From Dehalococcoidales bacterium (GTDB lineage Bacteria; Chloroflexota; Dehalococcoidia; Dehalococcoidales; BS750m-G39), in assembly GCA_034419075.1 (NCBI GenBank), contig DAOULR010000007.1:802-64801 (forward strand): a DNA stretch of 64,000 nucleotides. Reading direction: 5' to 3'. Shown piece after piece: positions 27,158 to 38,321 of the stretch. Below the pieces are notes generated by a model. It did no database searches and was not told the DNA's origin. It was given only the letters and a program-made list of their open reading frames with translations. The translations under genes and the position numbers were made by a program. How positions within the stretch are numbered: position 1 is the stretch's first letter; each line of letters starts with the position of its first letter.

Positions 27158-27433
27158 ATGCCAATCAACGATGCTAGTTTCAAGAAGAACAGCCCGGAAA
27201 CGGTGGCGGCGCTCATGGAGTTTCTCCGCCCCAATTTCCATATCGCCTATACCCTGAATGACCTCAGGGAAGCGCTGGCCGCCAAGGGTGTCGATGTTTC
27301 TGCCGACACGCTGGAGACCCTGCTCGGTTCCCTGGAGTACGGGGGCAGAATCGTATCCCGGACGGTGGATGGGAAGACCCACTATCAGTATCGCAAGATT
27401 CGGGGTTTTATGCCGACGAAGAAACTAAAATAG
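27158..27433 (+). CDS. 91-aa winged-helix-like protein inserted between atpG and atpD
   Basis: aaggagga SD. Predicted three helices then a beta-hairpin wing (GRIVSRTVDGKTHYQY). No family recognised. Confidence 0.6.
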   Translation: MPINDASFKKNSPETVAALMEFLRPNFHIAYTLNDLREALAAKGVDVSADTLETLLGSLEYGGRIVSRTVDGKTHYQYRKIRGFMPTKKLK

Positions 27434-28843
<1,410 letters not shown>

Positions 28844-29272
28844 ATGGCAACCACCAAGCTCGATATTGTTACCGCAGAGCGAGAGGTCTTTTCCGACGAA
28901 GTGGATGAGGTCGTGGCTGATGGGGTGGAAGGCCAGCTGGGCATCCTGCCCCACCACGCTCCGCTGATGACCACGCTTATGCCCGGAGAGCTTTTGATTA
29001 AGAAGGGTGGGGAGGAGTTTTATCTGGCGATTAGCGGGGGCTTTATCGAGGTGCGCCCCGACAGAGTCATTGTCCTGGCAGACGCCGCCGAGAGGGTGGA
29101 GGAAATCGATATCGCCCGTGCTGAGGAAGCCAAGCGCCGTGCCGAACAGAGGCTGGCCGAAAGGCCTCCGGGAGTGGATACGGCCCGGGCTGAGGCGGCT
29201 TTGCGTCGTTCTCTGATCAGGCTGCGGGTTGCGGAGAGAAGGCGGAGGCGAAGGCCTGCCGTCCAGACTTAG
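28844..29272 (+). CDS. atpC: F0F1 ATP synthase subunit epsilon
   Basis: Starts 1 nt after the atpD stop. Beta-sandwich N-terminal part ([14 protein letters not shown]) and helical C-terminus with an extra Arg-rich tail. Confidence 0.9.
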   Translation: MATTKLDIVTAEREVFSDEVDEVVADGVEGQLGILPHHAPLMTTLMPGELLIKKGGEEFYLAISGGFIEVRPDRVIVLADAAERVEEIDIARAEEAKRRAEQRLAERPPGVDTARAEAALRRSLIRLRVAERRRRRRPAVQT

Positions 29273-29381
29273 GCATTAGACTTCAGGGTCCTCAAGAGCG
29301 CAGTTGACGCTAACTCCCCAGAGGCAGTGTTTTACCTACGGCGATATATTCCCGCCGAACGATTTTGCTGGTTTTAAGCGG

Positions 29382-29609
29382 TTAGATAATCTCTAGAGTG
29401 GCGCGGGTACCCGCCTTGGCGGCGATTACTCTGAGCAGGGTGCGCATGGCTTGAGCGACACGACCTTGCTTGCCAATAACCCTTCCCTTGTCGTCATCGG
29501 CGACCTGCAGTTTCAGGGTGGTACCCTGTTCGTCGGTCTCCTCGGTGACAACTACGTCGTCAGGCGCATTGACAATGGCTTTGGCGATGTATTCAACTAG
29601 TTCTTTCAT
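29382..29609 (-). CDS. KH-domain RNA-binding protein (YlqC/UPF0109-like)
   Basis: 75 aa. [24 protein letters not shown] motif. Overlaps the rpsP stop by 4 nt. Confidence 0.85.
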   Translation of the reverse strand: MKELVEYIAKAIVNAPDDVVVTEETDEQGTTLKLQVADDDKGRVIGKQGRVAQAMRTLLRVIAAKAGTRATLEII

Positions 29610-30202
29610 GTCGCCTCCTTGGGTGTTTCGGTTTGTTCTTCGCCAGCTTCCGGGGTTTCGGAGGCGCTGGCTTCGGGTGCCTCAGCAACTTCAGCCTTCG
29701 TCTCTTCGGTGGCTTCAGGCTTCTCCGCAGGCGCTTCTGCCTTGGGTTCTTCAGCAGAGGCTTCCGCCTCTGACTCAGCCTTCGGTGCTTCAGCAGCCTC
29801 AGGCTCCTCCGCAGGGGCTGTTGCCTCTGCTTTAGGTTCCTCGGCGGCTTCAGCCTTCGGGGCTTCCTCGGCTTTGGCGGTGGCAGCTTTAGCCTTCTTC
29901 TTGCTCGCTTTCGGTTTACCAGGGGTGCCGGCCTTCATCCTCTCTTTCCTGTCGGTGGGCTCTTCGATGATGCCGGCCTTAGCCAGTAGTCTGGCGGCGG
30001 TATCGGTGGGCTGAGCTCCCTGTTTCAGCCAGGCCGATGCCTGCTCCTCATCAACAACCAGTGTCTCGGGGTCGGTCAGGGGATTATAGTGGCCAATGAC
30101 GGCGATGAACGCTCCGTCGCGGGGGGCGCGAGAATCGGCTACCACCAGTCTATAGCTGGGTTGCTTTTTAGCTCCAATACGTCGCAGTCTAATCTTTACC
30201 AA
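29606..30202 (-). CDS. rpsP: 30S ribosomal protein S16 with ~110-aa Ala/Glu/Lys/Pro-rich C-terminal extension
   Basis: TTG start giving (M)[29 protein letters not shown], a canonical S16 N-terminus. Residues from about 86 onward are low-complexity (EEPKAEA-like). Confidence 0.9.
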   Translation of the reverse strand: MVKIRLRRIGAKKQPSYRLVVADSRAPRDGAFIAVIGHYNPLTDPETLVVDEEQASAWLKQGAQPTDTAARLLAKAGIIEEPTDRKERMKAGTPGKPKASKKKAKAATAKAEEAPKAEAAEEPKAEATAPAEEPEAAEAPKAESEAEASAEEPKAEAPAEKPEATEETKAEVAEAPEASASETPEAGEEQTETPKEAT

Positions 30203-30238
30203 ATCTTATTCCTCGTCCTTTTTTAGGTTTTACGCCTT

Positions 30239-30267
30239 ATTATGCGGTATTATACGCTTACTGTCAA
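30239..30267 (-). promoter_or_regulatory. Candidate sigma-70 promoter for rpsP
   Basis: Minus strand reads TTGACA, 17 nt, CATAAT, about 35 nt upstream of the TTG start. Confidence 0.4.
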
Positions 30268-30282
30268 TGGTGAGGGGTAAGG

Positions 30283-31029
30283 TTGTCATCACGCTATCCT
30301 GTCGCTTATAATCGGATTGTGAAAGTTGGCAGCTTACACGGCTGGCGGGTGAGTCCCTCTCAGGCTGCGGAGATACAGCTGAAGATGGCGTCGCTGGTCT
30401 CCAGAACTAACGAGCTGACTAGCCCGCGCTATATCGCGGGCGTGGATATATCAGTCGACCGAGCGCGGGGGATGGGCCGGGGGGCGGTGGTGGTTCTTAG
30501 CTACCCGGAGCTTGAAATCGCCGAAGTCCAAAAAATAGAGGACAGCATTGACTTTCCTTATGTCCCCGGGCTGCTGTCATTCCGGGAAGCGCCGATAACA
30601 CTGGCTGCCTGCGCTAAACTTGAAATTACCCCCGACCTTTTCCTGGTGGATGGGCAGGGGGTTGCCCACCCCAGGCGGCTGGGGCTGGCTTCTCATTTGG
30701 GGCTTTTTCTGGATAGGCCGACCATCGGCTGCGCCAAGTCACGGCTCATCGGCAGTCACTTCGAGCCTGCTCAGGAAGCGGGCAGCCACGCCGAGCTATT
30801 GGATAAGGATGAGGTGATTGGCGCCGCTTTGCGCACCAAGGCGGAGGTAAATCCGATATACGTCTCCATCGGGCATAAGGTCGACCTGGAGAGTGCTATC
30901 TACTGGACTTTACAGTGCTGCCAGGGCTACCGTTTGCCCGAGCCTACCCGCCTGGCCCATCTGGCGGCGGGGGGCAATCTGAGTCAAAAGGATAGTAATG
31001 CAGCTGGACTACAGCGGAGGCTTTTATAG
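30283..31029 (+). CDS. nfi: Endonuclease V
   Basis: AGVDIS..., YVPGLLSFRE and VDGQGVAHPRRLGLASHLG motifs. TTG start as in the ORF track, so the start is uncertain. Confidence 0.88.
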   Translation: MSSRYPVAYNRIVKVGSLHGWRVSPSQAAEIQLKMASLVSRTNELTSPRYIAGVDISVDRARGMGRGAVVVLSYPELEIAEVQKIEDSIDFPYVPGLLSFREAPITLAACAKLEITPDLFLVDGQGVAHPRRLGLASHLGLFLDRPTIGCAKSRLIGSHFEPAQEAGSHAELLDKDEVIGAALRTKAEVNPIYVSIGHKVDLESAIYWTLQCCQGYRLPEPTRLAHLAAGGNLSQKDSNAAGLQRRLL

Positions 31030-32122
31030 ATGCAGGAAATAAGGGACAAGCTGGAGGACCTGCAGGCTCGAATCTCTATGGCCATGGTGCATCTTTGACA
31101 TCGCCGCCAGAGAGAAAGAGATTCTAAAATTAGAAAAGAAATCAGCCGAGCCCGACTTTTGGTCTGACCAGGCAAGAGCGCAGGAGGTTATGCGCCAGCT
31201 TGCCGAGCAGAAGAGGGTGGTGGAGCGGTGGCGGGGGGTGGAAAAGGAGGCGGCTGACGCCGCCGAGCTCATCGCGCTCGACGACAGCTCGCTTGAGGCC
31301 GAGATTGAATCGGAAGTAAACAAGCTGGCCTCCCGTCTCGATGAGATGGAGCTGGAGAGGGCCTTCAGCGGTGACTATGACGACCGGAATGCCATTCTCT
31401 CCATCCATGCTGGGGCGGGGGGCACCGAATCGCAGGACTGGGCGCAGATGCTGATGCGGATGTACCTGCGTTGGGCAGAGCGCCGCGGCTATAATGCCGA
31501 GGTGCTCGATGTTTCACCGGGGGAGGAGGCGGGGATAAAGAGCGCCGTCATCGATGTCAGCGGCGATTACGCCACTGGTTACCTGAAATCGGAACACGGC
31601 GTCCATCGGCTGGTGCGGCTTTCCCCCTTCGACGCCGACCACGCCCGCCATACCTCGTTCGCCCTGGTGGAGGTGATGCCCGAAGCCGAGGCCGATGTCG
31701 ATGTTAAGATAGCCTCTGAAGACTTGAAGGTGGAAACCTTTCGTTCCAGCGGGCCTGGAGGTCAGCATATGCAGAAGACGAGCAGCGCGGTGAGGCTGAC
31801 CCACCTGCCCACGGGCTTAACGGTTTCCTGTCAGAGCGAGCGCTCCCAGCACCAGAATAAAGAGATTGCCATGAAGATACTGCTCTCCCGCCTTCTGGAG
31901 GTAGAATTGGAAAAGCGGGCGGAGGAAAGGGCCAAGCTCAAGGGGCAGCGGATTGAAGCGGGGTGGGGCAACCAGATACGGAGCTATGTCATCCACCCCT
32001 ATAAGATGGTCAAAGACCACCGCACTGAATACCAGAGCGGCGACACTGAGGCCGTGCTCGACGGAGAGCTGGACGGTTTTATCTCCGCCTACCTGCGCTC
32101 TATAATGGGTGAAGAAGGATGA
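31030..32122 (+). CDS. prfB: Peptide chain release factor 2, requires programmed +1 frameshift at 31093..31099
   Basis: The ATG at 31030 opens a 22-codon frame ending CAT CTT TGA C. Shifting +1 at CTT_T joins it in frame to ORF 31190..32122. That ORF carries SPF (RLSPFD) and GGQ (SSGPGGQHMQKTSSAV) motifs. Confidence 0.93.
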
Positions 32123-33219
32123 AGAAGAGATTCGCGATAATAGCCCTGCTGTTTTGCCTGACGCTGGCGGTGTTAAGCCCCGTTATCGCCCAGGCACAGG
32201 GCGAACTGACCGTAATCGACAGCAGCGCCGAAGCCGATTTTCCCTACCGTATGACTTTCAGCCTGTCGGCACAGAGCAACGTTGATATCACCGATATTCG
32301 CCTCTGCTACTCCGTTGACCGTACCAGCTTCGCCGATATCTTCAGCGAGGCCGTAGTGGACTTCGTCCCAGCTACTGACGTGGATGTCAGCTGGAGCCTG
32401 GAGATGGTGATGTTGGGTGGGCTGCCGCCCGGTTCCAGTCTGGAGTACTGGTGGAAGATAGAGGATGCCAGTGGCGCCAGCCTGGAAACGGAGCCAGCCA
32501 GCGCCCGCTTCGACGACACCCGCTATGCGTGGAGTAGCCTGACCGAGGGGCAGATAACGCTCTACTGCTACCAGGACGATGAGGACTTTGTCAACGAGCT
32601 GATGGAGGCTGCTCAAGCAGCGCTGGCGCGGCTAGCGGCGGATACGGGCGCCGAGCTGGAGAAGCCAGCCCAGTTCTATATCTACGCCAACTCTACCGAT
32701 TTACAAGGGGCGATGATTCACCCCCAGGAGTGGACGGGTGGGGTGGCTTATACGCGACACGGTATTATCGCCATAGGCATTGCCCCCACCAACATCAGCT
32801 GGGGCAAAAGGGCGATTGCTCACGAGCTGGCGCACATGGTCGTCGACCAGATTACGCTTAACCCCTATAACGAGCTGCCCACCTGGCTGGAGGAGGGGCT
32901 GGCCGTGTATGCCGAAGGGGATATGCAATCCGAATTCGCTTCCCGTCTGGAGGAGGCGGTAAATACCGACAGCCTTATCTCGGTGCAGGGCCTTTGCAGT
33001 CCCTTTTCTGCCTATTCCGATGTTGCCACGCTCGGTTACGCTCAGAGCCGCAGCCTGGTGGAATACCTTATCACTAGCTATGGTCAGGCTAAAATGCTGG
33101 AACTATGGAATACATTCAGCCAGGGCAGCAGTTACGACGCTGCTCTAGAGACGGTCTACGGCTTCGACATGGATACCTTGGATAGCCTTTGGCAGGACTA
33201 TGTCCGCCAGAAATATTAA
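32119..33219 (+). CDS. Secreted peptidase MA-like zinc metalloprotease
   Basis: Signal peptide MKKRFAIIALLFCLTLAVLSPVIAQA. HEXXH motif HELAHMV with a downstream EEGLAVY Glu. Confidence 0.7.
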   Translation: MKKRFAIIALLFCLTLAVLSPVIAQAQGELTVIDSSAEADFPYRMTFSLSAQSNVDITDIRLCYSVDRTSFADIFSEAVVDFVPATDVDVSWSLEMVMLGGLPPGSSLEYWWKIEDASGASLETEPASARFDDTRYAWSSLTEGQITLYCYQDDEDFVNELMEAAQAALARLAADTGAELEKPAQFYIYANSTDLQGAMIHPQEWTGGVAYTRHGIIAIGIAPTNISWGKRAIAHELAHMVVDQITLNPYNELPTWLEEGLAVYAEGDMQSEFASRLEEAVNTDSLISVQGLCSPFSAYSDVATLGYAQSRSLVEYLITSYGQAKMLELWNTFSQGSSYDAALETVYGFDMDTLDSLWQDYVRQKY

Positions 33220-33233
33220 TGAGCGAGAGAAGG

Positions 33234-33926
33234 ATGGCGAATAAGTCCTTTACCATACACGATTTGCCTCCCTCAGAGAGACCCCGGGAGAGGCTGCAGA
33301 AGCTGGGTGCGGAGGCCCTTTCGGCGCAGGAGATACTGGCGGTGATACTGGGGCGGGGGGTCTCTGGAGAATCGGTTATGGTGACCGCCCAGAGGCTCTT
33401 ATCCAGATTCGAGAACCTGAAGGGTATCGCCGAGGCCTCGGTTGAGGAGCTTTCTCAGCTGCGTGGCGTCGGCATCGCCAAAGCGGCCCAGATTAAAGCC
33501 GCCTTCGAACTGGCCAACCGCCTCGACGGCTATGCCCAGAGTGGAGTTAAAACAGTAGTTAAGACCCCCGAGGACGTAATCGGGGTGGTGGGGGGAAGGC
33601 TGCGGGGCAAAAAGAAGGAGTATTTCCTGGCGCTTTTGCTGGACACACGAAATCAGCTGATAAAAGTGGCCGAGATTTCCGTGGGCAGCCTAGATTCAAG
33701 CATCGTTCATCCCCGTGAGGTCTTCAAGGAGGCAATCTCCGCCAGCGCCGCTGCCGTTATCTTTGCCCATAACCACCCCTCGGGCGACGCCGAAGCCTCG
33801 CCCGATGACATAAATCTGACCAAGAGGCTGGCCGAGGCGGGAGAGCTGGTGGGCATAGATGTTCTGGACCATATCATAATCGCTGGCAAGAGATTTTTAA
33901 GCTTAAAGAGGGAAGGGTTTTTCTAG
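33234..33926 (+). CDS. radC: RadC-family JAMM-domain protein
   Basis: Start at the ATG 33234 (gagagaagg SD; the ORF track starts at 33189). HhH region LRGVGIAKAAQI. JAMM motif FAHNHPSGDAEASPDD. Confidence 0.88.
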   Translation: MANKSFTIHDLPPSERPRERLQKLGAEALSAQEILAVILGRGVSGESVMVTAQRLLSRFENLKGIAEASVEELSQLRGVGIAKAAQIKAAFELANRLDGYAQSGVKTVVKTPEDVIGVVGGRLRGKKKEYFLALLLDTRNQLIKVAEISVGSLDSSIVHPREVFKEAISASAAAVIFAHNHPSGDAEASPDDINLTKRLAEAGELVGIDVLDHIIIAGKRFLSLKREGFF

Positions 33927-34328
33927 ATGAATTATTTCGCCTATGCCTCCAACCTGAACAAGAAGCAGATGCAGGAGCGCTGCCCCAACGCCAAGCTGGT
34001 TTCAGTGGCGACCTTAAGCCACTACCGCCTAGTCTTTGTCGGGTGGTCGCGGCGGTGGCGGGGCGGTTACGCTAATATCCAGCCCTTCCGTGGGGAGAGG
34101 GTAATCGGGGCGGTTTACGAAGTCTCGGAAGAGGACATGAAGAAGCTCGACAAATACGAGGACTGCCCCGGAACCTATAACCGCCTCAACGTAATCCTGA
34201 ACGACGATCTAGGCCGTCGCATAGACGCGGTGACCTATATTCGGGCGGGGAGGGCTGACGCCGCACCGCCTTCCAAGGAATACCTGGCGGTAATTGAGCA
34301 GGGCTGCCGCGACTGGGGGATTATCTAG
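33927..34328 (+). CDS. Gamma-glutamylcyclotransferase (AIG2-like) family protein
   Basis: YFAYASNL N-terminus and YEV...L..L...E motif of the GGCT fold. Confidence 0.7.
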   Translation: MNYFAYASNLNKKQMQERCPNAKLVSVATLSHYRLVFVGWSRRWRGGYANIQPFRGERVIGAVYEVSEEDMKKLDKYEDCPGTYNRLNVILNDDLGRRIDAVTYIRAGRADAAPPSKEYLAVIEQGCRDWGII

Positions 34329-35936
34329 ATGCGCAGAAGGGTGTTATATGCGTTATATATCGGCATAATCCTGGTGCTGGTGATAGTTGGCGTTTGGTTT
34401 ATCGTCAACGCCCAGTGCAACGGGGATATGCCTCCCGAAGAAGAGGTCAATGTGTTAACCCTCTTCGACATCGACCCTTGGACGCTCGACCCTGCGCTCT
34501 GCAGCGACGCGAACTCACATGAGTATATCGTACAGATTTTCAGCGGGCTGGTGCGGCTGGGTGATGACCTGGAACCGGTGCCCGATATCGCCCAGCGGTG
34601 GGAGCTGAGCCCGGACGGGACGACCTATACCTTCTATCTTCGGGAGGACGTTTTCTTTCACGACGGGCGGCAGGTAACCGCCGAGGACTTCAAGTATTCC
34701 TGGGAAAGGGCCTGCCTGCCTGAGACCGGTTCGCAGACCGCCGCTACCTATCTGGGCGATATCGTCGGCGCTGATGATGTGCTGGCCGGTATCACTACCG
34801 ATATGAGTGGAGTAAAGGTGCTCGGTGATTTTATCCTCGAAGTGACCATCGACTCGCCGAAGTCCTACTTCCTGTCCAAGTTGACCTATACCACCGGCTT
34901 TGTCGTTGACAGAAACAACGTGGCGTCAGGAGTAGGGTGGTGGCATGAACCCAACGGCACGGGGCCCTTTATCCTTAACCAGTGGGAGGAGGGGCAAGTC
35001 TTATCATTGGGGAGGAACGAGCTCTACTACGGTGAGGTGGCCAAGTTGGACTACGTAGTTTTTCAGTTGTGGAGTGGAGTGCCGATGAACATGTACGAGC
35101 TGGGCCAGATAGACGTCACTGGTGTTGGCACTGCCTATGCGGAGAAGGTTACCGATGAAGCGGGGCCTTTCTACGACGAGCTGACCATAACGCCCGAACT
35201 GAGCTTTTATTATATCGGCTTTAACACCGACGAGCCGCCCTTCGATGATGCTAATATCCGCCGCGCCTTCTCGCTAGCTATCGATAAAGAGAAGCTGATT
35301 TCGCTGGTCTTTGGCGGCGTAATGCAGCCCGCCTACGGCATACTACCCCCGGGCATACCGGGCTATAACGAAGAACTGGTGGGGCTGGGATACGATGTCG
35401 AGGAAGCCAGGGAGCTAATCGCCAACTCCAGCTACGGCGATGTGGCCAACCTGCCGCCGATTACGCTGACCACGGCGGGGTGGGGGGGATTAATCTCGTC
35501 GGAGGTGGAGTCGCTTGTCTACCAGTGGCGGGAAAACCTGGGGGTGGAAGTCACAGTGAGGCAGCTTGAACCAGAGCCGTTCATCTATAACCTCAAGGAA
35601 GAAAAGGACCAGATGTTCGATATGGGCTGGATTGGCGACTACCCGCACCCGCAGGACTTTCTGGAGGTCTTGTTCACTAGCGGCTCAGAGAATAACTACA
35701 GCGGCTACAGCAACCCCGATTTCGACGCTCTTTTGGAGGCGGCGGCCGCAGAGCCAGACTATAACTCTAGCCTGGCGCTCTACCAGCAGGCTGAGCAGAT
35801 GCTGGTGGACGATGCCGTCTGCCTGCCGCTGTCTTTCGGGGTCAACTACGTGCTGGTTAAGCCCTACGTCAGCGGCTATCAGTTAAACCCGTTGGGGTTC
35901 GCCATGCTCAACAAGGTCTCGGTGGCGCCCCACTAG
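34329..35936 (+). CDS. ABC transporter substrate-binding protein, family 5 (peptide/nickel type), membrane anchored
   Basis: N-terminal TM anchor. Family-5 SBP-like LVRLGDDLEPVPDIAQRWE...DGTTYTFYLREDVFFHDG. No cognate permease or ATPase genes are adjacent. Confidence 0.8.
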   Translation: MRRRVLYALYIGIILVLVIVGVWFIVNAQCNGDMPPEEEVNVLTLFDIDPWTLDPALCSDANSHEYIVQIFSGLVRLGDDLEPVPDIAQRWELSPDGTTYTFYLREDVFFHDGRQVTAEDFKYSWERACLPETGSQTAATYLGDIVGADDVLAGITTDMSGVKVLGDFILEVTIDSPKSYFLSKLTYTTGFVVDRNNVASGVGWWHEPNGTGPFILNQWEEGQVLSLGRNELYYGEVAKLDYVVFQLWSGVPMNMYELGQIDVTGVGTAYAEKVTDEAGPFYDELTITPELSFYYIGFNTDEPPFDDANIRRAFSLAIDKEKLISLVFGGVMQPAYGILPPGIPGYNEELVGLGYDVEEARELIANSSYGDVANLPPITLTTAGWGGLISSEVESLVYQWRENLGVEVTVRQLEPEPFIYNLKEEKDQMFDMGWIGDYPHPQDFLEVLFTSGSENNYSGYSNPDFDALLEAAAAEPDYNSSLALYQQAEQMLVDDAVCLPLSFGVNYVLVKPYVSGYQLNPLGFAMLNKVSVAPH

Positions 35937-35953
35937 TCTGGATTAGAGTTTAT

Positions 35954-37396
35954 ATGAATTCCATCAAACAGCTGGAGCGTATCTTCAACCCGCGCAGCGT
36001 GGCTGTGGTCGGCGCCTCGGCCAGCCCGGACAAGGTGGGCTATATGTGCCTGGGCAACCTGCTGGAGCTGGGCTTTAAGGGTAAAATCTATCCGGTCAAT
36101 CCAGGGCTGGCGCAGCTTTTCGGGCTGAAGGCCTATCCGACGGTGAGCGCCATCCCCGGTGAGGTGGACTTGGCCATGGTGGTTATTCCCGCTGAGCTTA
36201 CCTTATCTACCGTCGAGGAGTGCGCCGCTAAGGGGGTTAAGGGGGTAATACTGGTCAGCGGGGGATTTAAAGAGGTGGGCACCAAAATCGGCGCTCGTCT
36301 CCAGAATAAACTTAAAGACATCGCCGACAATAGTGGCCTAAAGATTATCGGGCCCAACACGATGGGCTTCATCAATCCGCGGGCCAAGCTCAATGCCTCT
36401 TTTCAGTACACGCTATCCTTAAGCCAGCCGGGCAACGTGGCCGTGGCGGCACAGAGCGGCGGCGCTACAATATACACTGTGCACGCCTTGACCAACCAGA
36501 ACGTGGGCATCAGCAAGGCTATCGGGCTGGGTAACCGCTGTAACCTTGATTTCGACGAGGTGGTCAGCTATTTCGGGCAGGACAGGGACACCGAGGTAAT
36601 CGCTCTCTACGTCGAAGGGCTGGAAGATCCGAGACGTCTGCTCAATGTCGCTAGCAAAGTCGCCAAACGCAAGCCCATAATTGTCTATAAGTCGGGGCGG
36701 GGAGAAGGGGTGGGAAAAAACACCTTCTCCCACACGGGGGCTTTAGCCGGCAACTACCAGTATTACCAGGCTGCCTTCAAGCAGGCGGGCATGATTACAG
36801 TCGATAGCATTGGCGAACTGGTGGACAAAGCTAAAGCGTTAGCCTTCCAGCGGGCGGCGGGGAGCAATAGAATAGCCCTTTTCTCGGTGCAGGCGGGGCC
36901 AGGCATTATTATGGCCGATAAGTGTGCCGAAGAGGGCTTAAGACTGGCGGAATTTTCGCCGACGACGAAGCGCAAACTAAAGAAGCTTTCGTCATCACTT
37001 AACGCGGTGTCTAATCCCGTCGATGTCGCCTGGACTTCGGATAACTTCGAAAGTAGCCGCCAGATGCTCAAAGCGGTGCTGGCTGACGAGGGCGTTGACG
37101 CTATAATCGTGGCTGCCGTCTTCTACAGCACCAACATGGAATTAATGAGGGCGGTGGTCGATGTCGCCAGAGACGCCCAGAAACCGATAGTGGTCTGCCT
37201 GGACTCGCCGAAAGGCGCGGCTTATGCCGAAATAAACGCTCTGGAAGGCGCGGGCGTGCCCGTCTTTCCTTTACCGGAGAGGGCGGTCAGCGCGCTGGCG
37301 GGTCTGGTGAAATACGGGGGGATTGGCGGAGGGGGTGGGATTCGAACCCACGGTCCTCCTGTCGGAGGACAACGGTTTTCAAGACCGTCACCATAA
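35954..37396 (+). CDS. CoA-binding / ADP-forming acyl-CoA synthetase alpha-like protein
   Basis: PRSVAVVGAS...KVG...NL CoA-binding Rossmann fold, IGPNTMG, and succinyl-CoA-ligase-like flavodoxin domain. The last ~24 codons are the antisense reading of tRNA-Ser, so the true C-terminus is uncertain. Confidence 0.75.
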   Translation: MNSIKQLERIFNPRSVAVVGASASPDKVGYMCLGNLLELGFKGKIYPVNPGLAQLFGLKAYPTVSAIPGEVDLAMVVIPAELTLSTVEECAAKGVKGVILVSGGFKEVGTKIGARLQNKLKDIADNSGLKIIGPNTMGFINPRAKLNASFQYTLSLSQPGNVAVAAQSGGATIYTVHALTNQNVGISKAIGLGNRCNLDFDEVVSYFGQDRDTEVIALYVEGLEDPRRLLNVASKVAKRKPIIVYKSGRGEGVGKNTFSHTGALAGNYQYYQAAFKQAGMITVDSIGELVDKAKALAFQRAAGSNRIALFSVQAGPGIIMADKCAEEGLRLAEFSPTTKRKLKKLSSSLNAVSNPVDVAWTSDNFESSRQMLKAVLADEGVDAIIVAAVFYSTNMELMRAVVDVARDAQKPIVVCLDSPKGAAYAEINALEGAGVPVFPLPERAVSALAGLVKYGGIGGGGGIRTHGPPVGGQRFSRPSP

Positions 37397-37415
37397 GCCT
37401 CTCGGACACCCCTCC
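37324..37415 (-). tRNA. tRNA-Ser (anticodon UGA)
   Basis: The minus strand folds by hand as follows. Acceptor GGAGGGG/CCCCTCC. Anticodon stem ACGGT/ACCGT with loop CTTGAAA. Long variable arm GTCCTCC-GACA-GGAGGAC. T arm GTGGG-TTCGAAT-CCCAC. Discriminator G and an encoded CCA. Confidence 0.93.
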
Positions 37416-37473
37416 GTGTCGACTAGTATAGATAATCAATGGCACAGGGTCAAATATATCAAGGAGGCAGGGA

Positions 37474-38229
37474 ATGTCGTTAGAAGGTAAGGTCGCTTTT
37501 GTCAGCGGCTCCTCGAGGCCGCACGGCATCGGGCGGGCCATCGCCCTGGCCCTGGCGCGGGACGGCGCTGACGTGGCGGTTCACGGCTTCGGGCACTTCG
37601 AGGGGGCGGAAGCGGTGGCTGAGGAGATAAAGAAGCTGGGCAGGAAGTCCATCGCTGTCAAGATAGACGTCCGTGACGCCCAGGAAGTGCAAAAGGGTCT
37701 GGACAGGGTCAAGGCCGGGCTGGGGGCGGTGAGCATACTGGTCAACAACGCCGCCCAGATGGGGCATTTCGTGCCTATCTATAAAGCGACACCTGAGGAG
37801 TTCGATAACGAGGTCAAAATCTGCCTGAATTCTGCTTTCTGCTGCATCAAGGCGGTCTGGGGTGATATGTGCGAGAAGAAGTGGGGGCGGGTGATAAATA
37901 TTTCCTCAGTGGCGGGGGTGCTCGGCGGCGGCGGGCAGGCCAGCTACGGCTCTTCCAAGGCGGGGCTGATTGCTCTGGCCAAGACGGTGGCTATTGAGGG
38001 CGCCAAGTTCAATATCACCGGCAACGCCGTCATTGTGGGAGTGGCCCACACCGACGCCCCTATGTCCGACGATGTGATCGAGATGCTAGGCAGGCGGCTG
38101 CTGGCACGGCGTCTGGCGGAACCAACCGAGATTGCCAACGCCGTGGCTTACCTGGCTTCTGATGAGGCTAACTATATGACCGGGGCGGTTATGAACATGA
38201 TGGGAGGACTGGATTTGTTTGTAGTTTAA
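37474..38229 (+). CDS. SDR-family oxidoreductase (FabG-like)
   Basis: GSSRPHGIGRA cofactor motif, NNAA, and catalytic S...YGSSK. Confidence 0.85.
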   Translation: MSLEGKVAFVSGSSRPHGIGRAIALALARDGADVAVHGFGHFEGAEAVAEEIKKLGRKSIAVKIDVRDAQEVQKGLDRVKAGLGAVSILVNNAAQMGHFVPIYKATPEEFDNEVKICLNSAFCCIKAVWGDMCEKKWGRVINISSVAGVLGGGGQASYGSSKAGLIALAKTVAIEGAKFNITGNAVIVGVAHTDAPMSDDVIEMLGRRLLARRLAEPTEIANAVAYLASDEANYMTGAVMNMMGGLDLFVV

Positions 38230-38321
38230 AATTTGGTCTAATACACCAATGGAATGTTATACTATAGAAGCATTGCTTGGGAAAGCAATAGGTGATTTTT
38301 TAGAACTAGCTAGGAGATAGA

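Noticed and set aside
31081-31092. Shine-Dalgarno-like stimulator upstream of the prfB shift site
   Set aside because: The sequence gccatggtgcat has only a weak GGTG match, so I cannot claim a stimulatory element. The frameshift itself is still supported by the joined reading frame.
37287-37541. 84-aa minus-strand ORF spanning the tRNA-Ser gene
   Set aside because: It reads through the tRNA and the SDR promoter/start region. There is no SD, and the locus is explained by the tRNA.
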